Origin: Tubulanus polymorphus | Lineage: Eukaryota; Animalia; Nemertea | NCBI RefSeq assembly: GCF_964204645.1 | Contig: NC_134026.1 | Location: 25,578,150 to 25,642,149, forward strand | Reading direction: 5' to 3' | DNA length: 64,000 nucleotides | Shown here: positions 14,871-26,860 of the stretch, one piece after another | Position numbering within the stretch: position 1 is the first letter of the stretch | How the letters are laid out: each line of letters opens with the position of its first letter | Translations under genes and position numbers: made by a program | The notes under the pieces: model-generated | Database searches by the model: none | Told to the model about the DNA's origin: nothing | Seen by the model: the letters and a program-made list of their open reading frames with translations, nothing else

Positions 14871-17800
14871 CAACGAAGCTATAGAAACTACAGGAAATAT
14901 AAGAAAATGTCAAACTAATGTGGAGGATATAAACTGCAGCTGTTCAACTTTGACTGGTCTCCTAATACATTTTTAATTCTGCTGAAGAATTCGTCTTACA
15001 AAACGAGCACTTTTCTTCCCGATGTTTTTCAATGCTCAATTACTGTGACTGACTTTTCCGAAGTATTTAACGCTTAATCAAATCACTTCAGGGGGAGAGT
15101 TGGATTTTACGCGAAATCGACTGAATAAAGAAACCACGCTCTCGATGAGCATCTCGATTCCAAATCCATAATATAATTGCCCGAATTAGAATTAAATTTC
15201 TCTCCGTGCGGACTGACTAACGGCGCTTCAGTTGTAATTCAATTAACCGCGTTTCAATCGACGGATCGGGACGTCGGGCCGAGAACGTCTTTGATGCCGG
15301 GCGTTAAGTGTTTAACAACTGACAGCGATGTTTAAAATCCTGAAGCAAAAAAAACCGATACACGGTCAATTAAATTCGACGCTGACGATACGGCGAATAA
15401 TTACCTCAATAAACACAGACTGTATAGCCATTTAACATAATAAAAATATTGTTTCCGTGAATTCTTCAAAGCGAAAACGCAGTTATTATAAATGTTGAAG
15501 TAAAAGCAAATGGAATGTAATGGAGAACGGCGTATATATTTTTTTTATGTTCGAATTCGGGCGCAGTTCATTCGGTGCAATATTCATCGAACGCGAGATG
15601 CACAACAATTAGTATTTACGGCGCAAAAAGGGGGCTAATTTTCTTCAGCTTGCTCGATTGAAAATTCCATTTCATTGCATTCATCGTTTTGCAGACTGTG
15701 TCACAGTATGGAGGACTAGTGAAAATGTGCATTTCGCACCGGCAAATGTACAAATCTACTCCCCATGTGCGATAACTGTTAATTACCAAGTAACTAACTA
15801 ATTAAAACACATATCCTAAGTCGGGCGGCTAAAGTAGCTGGAAATAAGTAACGTGCCCGAAGGGGATAATGATTATGATGCAAAAGTGACTAAACTCAAT
15901 ATGTGTCAGTTTAGGTAAAATATGAATTTTGACATATGGATATATGGAATCAAATTCACGAGGTGATGATCTACACTATTCACTGTCATTCATCTGTTAT
16001 CACCATCTCAAGCCGGTGATATTGTTGATATTCATTTAGCCCGTAATTCGACGGTATCTTTCTCAAGGAAACTGGGTTTAGATTGTTTGTTTTTTTCGAG
16101 CGAACGAGATGAGAAGGCAGCCATAGATCGGCTAGAATTTCATTCCTCAAAGGTTAATGAGTACACGATTATGAAATGTGAAAGCGTCGGGTGTTTTAAG
16201 TGCTTCAGGGAACGTTAAGATAACCAGCTATATGTAATTCCAGAAGCGCCCGATACAAATTCATGAAATTCGGAAACGGAGGTGTTAGAATTAATGCACG
16301 GAGTTAGGACTAGAAGTCATTAGACCGTATCACAGCTGAAACACAGAGGTAACTTTTTTCATGCTGGTAAGCTTTATGCCAAATTTACCTCTTTAAGCAA
16401 ATATTACAAACTATTGTCTTCTGCTACGATTGACGATTAATGCAGCCATCGTTCATTTAGAATTTTCATTTTCAAATTAATCCTGCACTATCGATACTGG
16501 TCCGTATTAAGAAATGGACAACAGTAAGACTATCAGTACGGACGGATGAAGTTATTTCGATGTCATTTTATTGAGAATTTGTATCTTCATGCTGGGGATA
16601 CATATTATACTATACTACGATAAAGTGCTTTATGCATTCATGATTGAATACCAGTATGACGCCAGTAGATAAAAATCATAATTAAACTTCAGCTTACCAC
16701 GTCTTAAACTAAAGCGACTTTAAAAGCGTACATACACAGGACATGTGAAATACGAACAAGCCGGTTAGAGAAGATAACATGAATACGCCGCGCTAAAACG
16801 TCGGCCGTATTTTTAAGGATTAGACCTCCTCTCGTGAGTCACACTCAAATATGATGAAAAAAACTCCACTGATAGTATTAAGCCATTAAGCTTCTTCGAT
16901 TTGAAATAAAAGATTTTTTGCGTTTTACAATAAACGAGCTCATCCTATCGACGCGGTACACTTGTGTGAATCTCATATCAATTGTCTCCTTGAAACGCTG
17001 ATTGCAACGCAGCGACTAAAAGGCGTTTTATATTTATGGGAATCAATACTTCTATAATTCATTAAAACAGCCATTTGCTTTTTCTCTGCATAGTGAAATA
17101 TGTGTTGGTTGTCTAGCTACCTTCATACACGCGTCACGGCTGACGAGGATAGTGTGAGTTATGACTATAAACGCTGAGTTGGGAGACATTGAGGCCAATC
17201 TTTCGAAAGTCCAGCTGCATACAGAAATAATAACATTCGAGGGCCATCGATTTTGTTTTAAAGCTGCCATTTCATACGATTGATAAAAATGTGTAGGAAA
17301 GTAATCTAAAAATTTCAAGTTCTCTGTAAATTTACTCCCTGTCATTCGTTGTTTTAAATTTGTTATTCCATTGATGTCGATCGTGTTTGAAGAGCTATAG
17401 TTCAATACCAGTTTCTAATAGAGTCGAAAGCCGTTGAAAATCGATTTCGAAATTCATTTGATTAGGAAAGTAAACGTGTGGCTTCGAATTCCGAAGAGAA
17501 TTCGATAAGACAACCCCGAGAATGCAATGCATAACACTATCAATAATGCATGCCGAATGAAAACAACTTCAATTCAACCACAACACACTGATTCCGCAAA
17601 TTACGATGAAATGATTATTTTTAATTATTCATCGATGAAGGGGCACCGAGTCACCTTTGCCAATAAACTTGAAACATATGACGCGTTTCAATGAATTGAA
17701 CAGATTTGTCAGCGAAATTGAAAATTGCCATTGTCGGCGTAATCGTTAAGCGGAAGAGACGAGGACGATGGAGTCATCCGGCGTGGCTTTTCCAAACCTT

Positions 17801-19001
17801 CAAACGGCATTGGCGCGCTGCGTAATAACTGGTTTGATGTATTTACAGCCATGAAAAAGCTGGCGTTAAAAGAATTTGTAAGAATAATTTAATGATTGTA
17901 ACATGCCCTTCTAAACATAATTGGTTTCGAGAATTATTAAATAAATGCATTTTCCAGGGATTATATATATTACTACGACCATGCTATCTGTGCGTGCAGC
18001 AAACACACATCATTGATGATTTGACCACGATTTCAAGGCAGGTTCTAAAAAGCGATAAATCAATTCCAAGACATTAATTCATAAGGATGACCAAGCTATT
18101 AATTTTAGAAGTCAACTGCGTCGCATCGATAAGCAAACAAGCGAATCCACTTTCAATCCCAAAAAAATTTCCATCCCCGAACGAAATGAATGTTCGCACC
18201 GGTTTGCGAGGACATCGCTTAATCAGTGGACGTCGGGCGGAAAATTCAACACGCATGACTAAAATTTACGATGACCATCTTATACACGGAGTAGACACGG
18301 GCCTACGGTGAATTTAATTCAATCCTTAAGCCACGTATAGCGCGGCAACGTCTACTTGTCCAGGCGAAATTCAAATCAGATTTATTACAGCCGCTCTCAC
18401 CGTTTGACCTGCGCCTGTCAGATCCGGGCGCTCAGAAAATACTCCATCAACCGATCGACTTCATACTCAATTTATGAATGCTGTTTACTTTTAATTTTCG
18501 TCCCGATCGTTCATCGCATTGTATACCGGCGCGGCGTGTGAAAAAATTGTCTCAATTCAGCTGATTTTTTATGCACAAGCGAGACACTAAGATCAGTGCG
18601 CGAGGCTTAGAATTAATGATCTCAGATAAGCCTCGATAACGTCAGCACAACAGAATGTGGAAATATTTTCAAAAAATGAACTCATTAAAAACCGACAACC
18701 ACGAGCATCAACAGCCCCCCGCACTAGATCAGTTAGTTTAGAGTCATCCACTTTTTTCCATTTAATCCATAACATGAAAGGCAACGCATTATCTATAAAG
18801 CAATTTGATAAATGAATACGAAAGGCTGCGTAAAAATAGTTTATATTAACATGACGACATTTGGATGATTGAGAATGAAATTGCAAAAAGTGATAACCGT
18901 AATAGACTTGATCATCACGCAAGATTTTCACACTGACATATACAAGAATATAGGCATATATTCTATGCATATGATTGATAAGAATTTGACAAAAATATGG
19001 C

Positions 19002-19052
19002 TCATCATCATCACCATCATTATCATCATCATCGTCGTCGTCATTATCATCA
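19002..19052. repeat. Imperfect (TCA/TCG)n trinucleotide repeat
   Basis: tcatcatcatcaccatcattatcatcatcatcgtcgtcgtcattatcatca. Confidence 0.85.
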
Positions 19053-22000
19053 ATAAAATCGCTGGCTTTTCCATTATAGCCGACGTTCTTTGTTTGAAGA
19101 CTATTAAACTGATCTGATAATAGCGTTCCCTCTTTACCCTTGAGGTCAAGATTAATGACGAATTTATCATAATATTCCTTCGCTGTTAATGATATGAAAA
19201 GAAGAATAGGTTTGTTGTAGTACGTGGCCGATGAAATCGATTTTCGAGCTCTCCAGAAATTAACAGTCGACTGATCAAGAAAAATTATATTTTCAGCACA
19301 GCTTCATTTATATATTTTGTCCATATTTCCACTATGTCCAATTCATTGTATTGATTTCCATAACGATCGCGGTCCAATTCCGTATGCATGACTAACACGC
19401 TACGGACCTAATCAGCATGGTCGGTGCACTGCTCCGCGGCAAATTTAATCCACAAAACCCATCAACCAACGGCGAAAAATTTTCAGATGGAAAAAATTTC
19501 TCAAGCTTAAGTCCGCGAAAATGACAGGCCGATCTCCGCTTGCCTGAACGTAATCTAAACGCTTCGTTGACCACCGCGATGGTCGAACATAAGCGATCGG
19601 CGTTCTGACCAAGCAAATTAAATTTAATCCGGCGCGAGTCCCATCAGTCATTTTGTTATAAGGCTGTCATAATTTCAGCAATACTGACCCGAGACAACGG
19701 TACGATATATCGACTAGCAAACTACTGGTCAGACCCATGAGAACTCAAAGTAATTTAAATGAATGTTCCCGGTCGGCTCCCGCAGGAGGACAATTCATTT
19801 GCGTTTTCGAAAGTACGGCTGCGGAGAAAAATGACCGTTGCCCACTGCAATTATAAGATCATATTTTGCTTGCGCTCGGAGACCGGCTGAAAACACCGAC
19901 GCGAAGAAGAAATGTTAGCCGTAAAAAGTTGTTATTTTCAGGGTTTTTTCTAGGAATCAATTCTTCACCGTCGAAATCTCGTTACATCAAAGAGCGAAGC
20001 TACTCGATACCGGTGATGATGAACAGAAGGGTTGATGCCCGGATCGTTAGAAATATTCAGATTTCGATTTCGTGAAAAGTTGTAATACGCTATCGGGTTG
20101 AAATATCGCTCGTGAAATTCAATCGTGAAATCGATGCTTCATAGAAAATTTCGGAAGGCCGAGTTTTCTTAATCGATAAAACTAATGTAGATGTGGCTGA
20201 GGTTTAAAAATATTGTTTCGACAACGATGAACATCACCGATGCAAATTATTGATGTTAACTCTTCTTCGGCAGTGTGTAATTCGAACGTGTTGATACAAA
20301 GCCATCGTCTGCCGAGTGATGACTGCGGGATAAGAACACAACAAAATCAGGAAACAAATTCAGCCACGACTTCAACTCGAACCATTCGGCGGGCGAGAAT
20401 AATGGCGCGAAAATATTGACAAGTCTCCTTTTATTCGCATCTTTCTAAAGACTTCCCTTCCATTTCTACCTGTCAGTTCAAGACGCTTCCACTTTCACGA
20501 GCTCTAGCCGTCTTTTCAAAGGGACAGCGTCGTCAAACGAACGCGTGTTTTTCGCCGCGAACTTCATTTCATCGAAAATTATCGATTACGCCGCTTACCA
20601 GTCGACGACGGCGATGTCGTCATCGCAAAATACCGCTTCCCGCTAAAGCCCCATCAATGACCACGGCAAACATTAAATCAAATTTCTGCCAGTGAAAATC
20701 AACGCGCGGCTCGGTTGTTCTACCCCCGGTTTGCATTGATAATCGACGATTCACACCAAACTTCATTTAATATCAGAGAACGTCGATACTCATCTAGCAT
20801 GCGCCCGCAGCTAAATTGTCATTTATGAAATGACCAGCACGAAATGTTCAATCAAATCTCAACTGAAAATCACTTTTGTTTTATCGACTAGCCGCTGCGC
20901 CTTCTCACAAATACGCGCCGCGCAAAAATATCGATAGTCGCCATATCTCGCTTGTATGGCTGGCATACTGCTGCGCAAAGCCCTTCAGGCTCCTGAACTT
21001 CATTTGCCGGACGCCAAGCGTGGTCAACTAAATTCCCACACTTATACATATAAATCAAAGAAATCAAGATCTGAAATCGTGTCTAGGTTTGATAACGGTC
21101 GCTTTAGCTCGCAGCGTGAAGAAGACAACTGATAAAAAAAAGCGCGACGCCGTTTTTTCCTTCGAATAAGATGACATTTACTTTAGCCACATCTAATCAG
21201 GGAGTCAATTTATTTCAAATTGCCAGACCGACAAACTTTGGCAGAATTCCGATACGGAGCTCGTTGTAACACAATGCTTGATAGTCGGAAAGACAGAATT
21301 AAACAGCTCGGCTCGGTATAGCCTGATATAACATCGTACAACGCTTAGATTTTTTCAATGGCTGCGTCTATCAGCTGCAGTTGTGAAGCGAGAGAACATT
21401 TAAACATGAATTTCTATAATCGGTCTAATTAAATAGTACTTGATGCTAGTAATTTAGAGGTCACACAGTGTGGAATACTGTCAGTCATTAAAACTAACAA
21501 GCGTTAGTGTTTTAATTATGCTTTCGATGGGAGTTTCTAGCCGAGGGGTGCCGCCGTGACCTAGAGAAAGTCTCTCCCTCCGCGCGTTGGAAGCATCGTA
21601 AATGAAAAACCCTGTACAGAAATTGATGTTGTTTTATCCTGATTAAAAATTATTCTTACACTCAAGCGCACTTATTAACCTAACGAAGAAATTCAAGCCC
21701 CAGGTGTAGTGCATCAACAAAACCCGACGTTTGGAGCCCACTTGGCCGCAATGTTTCACATTTGAAAATGAAAACAATTAGAAAAACCAACTGACTGGTT
21801 TAATCTTTCTAATCTTGAACTAAATAAATTTTCACACATCTTCATTCGCCACGTGTTCCGCAGACGTCTCGATTACACGCGGAATTTCGATTTTGTATAT
21901 GTTGAGTAGATGCCTCGATTCGAAATGTGTTGAAATTGTGTTTGAACGCAATTCGCTGCTGTCAACCGCGGTTGAAACCTTCCTGCGCGTTTCATCGCGA

Positions 22001-22264
22001 GCCTTGCAGCAATAGAACGGCAATTTAACACCCCGCTCAGACTCTATTGGATATAAGCGACGTCGCATTTAAAATGCTCATCCATTGAAGACAAACTTGA
22101 CGGTTTAAATTACCGTTGAGTGACAATTTGAGCCGTGTATAATCGTCGATTCAACTCTCGCTTTCCGTCGCCGTTAAGACGAGACCGCGACGAAAGATTT
22201 TACATAGATTACCCGCGGAAAACCTCGATTAATTAGAATTCTTTCATTTAATTTCTATTCGCAG

Positions 22265-22333
22265 ATCGGAGACGCTTCCGTTCGCTTAGAGTCCCGGACG
22301 ACGGCTTAGCTTAGCACGGCGCTGAAAGTTCAG
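22265..22333 (+). other. Candidate 69-nt non-coding exon
   Basis: Acceptor 'ctttcatttaatttctattcgcag|' and donor 'CAG|GTGAGT' bracket a GC-rich segment that has a TAG stop in all three frames. Confidence 0.4.
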
Positions 22334-23375
22334 GTGAGTACAAGACTAGGATTTCAAAATCTCTCTTATCTTCGACGAAAATCATGACCAACTCGGAACT
22401 GATCGATGAGAAAAATCGATTTTACTACCAGTCATTAAAATCGCCCGTATAGACAACAGCTTTCGAAAAACTGAGATAAAAAAAGTAACCAGAAAAATGT
22501 GATCCACGTTGAAGACGATTGTCACAGCGTTGAAATTATCAATAATACATCGATCTCTAGATTTTCAATAGTAATACATTCTATAGACTCTCTACATGTA
22601 AACAACATATGTTGTAAACTTCAGATGATAATCAATAGAAAGAATAGTAAGATTTACTCTTTAAAAAAACTCAATAGCTCGCAACGTGCATACATATGTA
22701 CATACATGTGATGGGTACGAAACAAAAGCGTATCGATACAACCGGTAATGACACAGAATGAAAACGAAAATTAGCTGCGTGCACAGGTCGATGAGGAAAG
22801 ATTTAACAAGTTCATTTCTATTACGTCACCCGAGCGAAAAATTGATGAACAAATCGATACGAAATCTTCATTACTCAACGGATTATGTACCCAATTTGTA
22901 TTAGAATTTTGCACGCATACATGTCTCAAATTAACACCCCATTCGGAGTCGAGCTTTTGTAATTAATACATTTGATGAATTCCCCGCGCCAATCAATTTC
23001 CGTATCGCGCGCACGGCATTCAAACCGTTTTCGCGGGCCCGATTTACCTTTAGAAGTTCAGCGAAATCATTTTGCTTCGGTAGACTTTTAATCACTGGGC
23101 CGTCGTGAGGCCGGTGCGAGGCCGGCTTCTTCGTGTCGCAAACGATCGTGAACGCTTGAACTGATGAAATATTACCGAAAGGAGTTACTATAAGAAAATA
23201 ATACAAATTACCCCGAAGCGTATTTTAAGCCGACGCTGCATCTAATATTGAGCCCGATATTCTATGAGTACAATAGTGATATGTTTACCCTGGAAGAAAT
23301 AACTCATTTACCGTTGACAATTAATATCCAATACAAACATCGATTTTTTGGCTATGAAAAGCCTGATTTAATTTT

Positions 23376-23489
23376 CAGGGAGGCTACTTTTGTTTGACTT
23401 TTACAAAACTTCCTGACTATTCCCTGACTTAATGATAAAAAAGAAAATTGCCTGACATTTCCCTGATTTCCAGGTAGGTGGCCACCCTG
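23376..23489. mobile_element. 114-bp MITE / internally deleted DNA transposon
   Basis: Imperfect 12-bp TIRs CAGGGAGGCTAC ... GTGGCCACCCTG (10/12 match), four subterminal CCTGA repeats, and ATTTT directly on both sides (possible 5-bp TSD). Confidence 0.55.
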
Positions 23490-24830
23490 ATTTTGAATAC
23501 AAGGACATCAGTGGATACAATTTGTAATGTAATAATTGACAAATTATGTTCAATACTATGTGAGTGGAGTTTTTTTGTAGTAACTCAGTTAGACATCAGC
23601 GGCATCAAAGATGCAAGAAAAATCTCAATTAAGTGCTTGATAAATTACATGGCAAACATCACTGGACAGACCATAATCAAGTTCCATGTGACAAATGAAC
23701 TAGCCTACTCCAACATCCCATACACGATATGTTTATTTGCTCATAACAGAATAAACAGACTTCTGACTTAAAATACATAATTTTGAATGTAACGCGTTCA
23801 TGATGAGCTACAGTTCTGGTTCACCAATACCAAAACTGATATCAAATTTGATTGCATTTCAACGCTACAGTCAACCAATATTTGAATTTACAAAAAAAAA
23901 TCATAATTTCTTAGAAGCACATGACTCTTAAACGTTATCATAAACTGCGAAAAACGCAATTGACATTTCATATAATTACAATTCTACTTAAATCTGCTTC
24001 TTAATAGGTTTACATTGTTTGTATTGAATGAGAAGTTCAATTGGCCGACATTGTTCTGTTCGTATAAGTGCTTTCGAAATTTACCTCAGTTCAATACGTG
24101 TGTTTTAAGGGAAATTGAAAAAATAACTCATATAAATAAGCCAATGATCGGGACGATGAACTCAAGTGAAATGGCTTCACCAAAAATGACTTTTTTTGTA
24201 TCGCAAAAGCACGATTAGACGGACAACCAAAACAATTCCTTTACACGGTGAATCTTATAACCAGTAGATAAATGACATGCTCGTGATCATGATATCATCC
24301 TCAATAATGATGACAATACGGGAAAATTTGTCACTTAGATAACGCAATAAATTTGAAAAAGTCAATGCGTATGACCTCGATAATCTGTAATTGTTGTTGA
24401 TCATTCGGGTAAAGTCATCACCTTTCACCCCGAACGACGGCAAAAAGAGGATTAACGCTCGCTATCGGCCGGCCATGGACATTTTCACATTTATTACTGT
24501 ATTAGAGGAAACCATTATTTACAGAATATGGAAAACTGACAAAGTGAATCGAGTTTAACGGTCCCGAGACCGACGACGCGCGGCAATCACTAGATTAGCT
24601 GAAATTATAGACTGACCACGCAACCTGAACGGTCCGATAAGAGTGATTTATCAGCATCTTTGAAGCGCTGCTGAGACTATATACGCCATCGGTCAATGAA
24701 TAAATTCTAACGGCGAGAATCATTTTGAAAGTTCCAAAACATGAATAAATCACAAGCGTTGGTCATGTGGAGAGAGAATCTGACAATAGTGATGAAAAAC
24801 AGTCCGAAAATGTTACTGGAGCTAGTAGTT

Positions 24831-24874
24831 TATTCAACATTTCAACTATATTCTAATAGTCATCTTCAGGAATA
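24831..24874 (-). ncRNA. Minimal type I hammerhead ribozyme motif (left arm, decayed)
   Basis: Minus strand reads TATTC-CTGAAGA-t-GACTAT-tagaat-ATAGTT-GAAAT-GTT-GAATA: intact CUGANGA, stem I TATTC/GAATA, three CpG-to-TpG changes relative to the consensus. Confidence 0.5.
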
Positions 24875-24891
24875 CTGAAGATTCAGTACAG

Positions 24892-24935
24892 TATGCTTGA
24901 AGATGACTATTAGAATATAGTCGAAACGTCAAATA
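24892..24935 (+). ncRNA. Minimal type I hammerhead ribozyme motif (right arm, decayed)
   Basis: tatgc-TTGAAGA-t-GACTAT-tagaat-ATAGTC-GAAAC-GTC-aaata: core with a C3U change, perfect 6-bp stem II, loopless stem III GAAACGTC. Confidence 0.55.
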
Positions 24936-26844
24936 AACTACTAGCTCCAGTAACATTTTCGGACTGTTTTTCGTAATTATTGTCGGATTCTCTCTACATT
25001 ATCGTCACAAGCGTTGGTCATTTCACGAAGTAGTTTAAGCCAACTGAGAGATCACCGTTCGGCACTGATTCAGCACTAGATTCGCAAATACGTTTATCCA
25101 ATATTTTCGTAGTCCAGAGCTACTGATATCAGTGCATCAGTAATGAAGGAGGCAGAGAGTTCTCAGTTCTAGTTCTTAAACTCGGGTTTGCATATAAACA
25201 TAGATGAGATGATAAAGCAAATGAGAAAATCAAAAGAACATTTCGAATTGTAGACTTTCATAATCATCCTCCGACCAAAACAGTACCCGAGGCAATTTCT
25301 CTAACAACATACACGCAGTTTGCTTCTTTGAGGCGACACCAAATTCAATCATTTGCCAACCAGTGCAGCAATTATTTGAACTTTGAGATCTTAGATCGCT
25401 CTCTGGGATCATAAGACAACCTCGGCGACGCACCGGTTCATTTGAGGCCTTAAATCCTTATATTTACGACTATCATTAAAGCCGCTCGGACTTTGAAGCC
25501 CGCAAAGAGCCGAATGATCTTCTTTCAAAATTACACAATTCGATGCATAGATTGGATTCGCCCGCCGCTGCTGCAGACGCAAACGCAGATTTTGAAAATA
25601 TCGCCGGTGAGTGTGTAAAAAATTAATCATCAAATGAACATGTCGCATATCGATTGCAATGACAAGATACGTATACCAAACCGGTCATCATCGCTGTAAC
25701 TCATTACAGAAATGGATAGTCGTTATTATTACAGCCCCTAAGTTTGATTAAAAAACAGAACGCCGTAAATAGAAAATTTCATCTGTTATGACCGAGGAGA
25801 TTTAAAATAACGTGTGTCCGGAGTCCGAGACAGATGGACGCAACGCTAATCACGGACATTGAACGATACCTAAACTATGGTTACTATGGAAACGATCTTG
25901 CCACCTAGCCAGTCGACCAGCGATGATGGCGAACGATAGCCAGCAGTTTTTCGTTGAAATTTTAAATGAAGTGCATGGTCAACACACGATGAAGCGCAGG
26001 TGATAATAAGATGGCGATTCGTCGAACGCCGCGCGCCGTCGAGCTGCAATGATTCATCTCTGGCGATCAGGATGAAAAAAAAAATCATGAATATTTATTC
26101 CAAACAAATATTTCAGATGAAACCCATTACAGAAATAGTAATTACATTTCTATACAAATAAAGCGCTGACGCGAAAATGGTTTTCTATTCAGCGTTTGAG
26201 AAAAATTTATCTCATTATGAACTGGCTTCGATACTGTTGAGGGTCTAAAATGATGAAAAAAAACCTTTTTTTACTTACCGCTAAAAATGCTAAAATTTCA
26301 TCACGTTAAGTATTTTAGGATTTTTTATCGCTGTGCAAGTCAAATAGAAATGAATGAAGGTTACTTTTAAGACAACAAATTATGAATATTCAAAAATCAA
26401 ATCGATTTTCAAAATAGCTTATTGCTTAAATACACAATATCGAACACTACCTGAATGATATCTGGAAGTCGTGTCAAGAACGTTCCATTTCTAAAAACAC
26501 AAATAAAGAAACATAAAAAATTTACGATAAATGCCAGGGATGGAACTAGAAACCGGGAGATATATTTTTTCCTTATATTGAAAAAAAATGGTTCATCGCA
26601 TAGCGGTGGAAATAAATTTATTGTTTTCTACTACATTACGATAAAAAAATGTATCACCGTAGTTTAAGACTAGACACTAAGTGATATGTATGGAAAAATG
26701 AATCCGTGTGACAACTGCTTCACAAAAGTTCTGAAATCAGAGTCACCACCACAGACAGCACAATAACAAATAAATATATTATTATCTAACCTGCAACTTC
26801 ATTGGTGCGTCCAGTTGCTGGTGTGTGAACTAGAAAACATCGGG

Positions 26845-26860
26845 CAGCTCCATCTGGTGA
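26845..26860 (-). promoter_or_regulatory. CTCF-like motif
   Basis: Minus strand TCACCAGATGGAGCTG resembles the CTCF core CCACCAGRKGGCGC. Single motif match only. Confidence 0.3.

Larger units (their letters stand above)
24750..25021. mobile_element. Foldback insertion, probable Penelope-like element (PLE) terminal remnant with 17-bp target-site duplication
   Basis: Inverted arms of about 111 bp (24765-24877 and 24889-24999; 10 substitutions plus a 2-nt indel) around an 11-nt spacer. Exact direct repeat TCACAAGCGTTGGTCAT at 24750-24766 and 25005-25021. Each arm carries a hammerhead-like core followed by AATAAA. The repeat structure is certain; the PLE assignment is inference. Confidence 0.75.
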
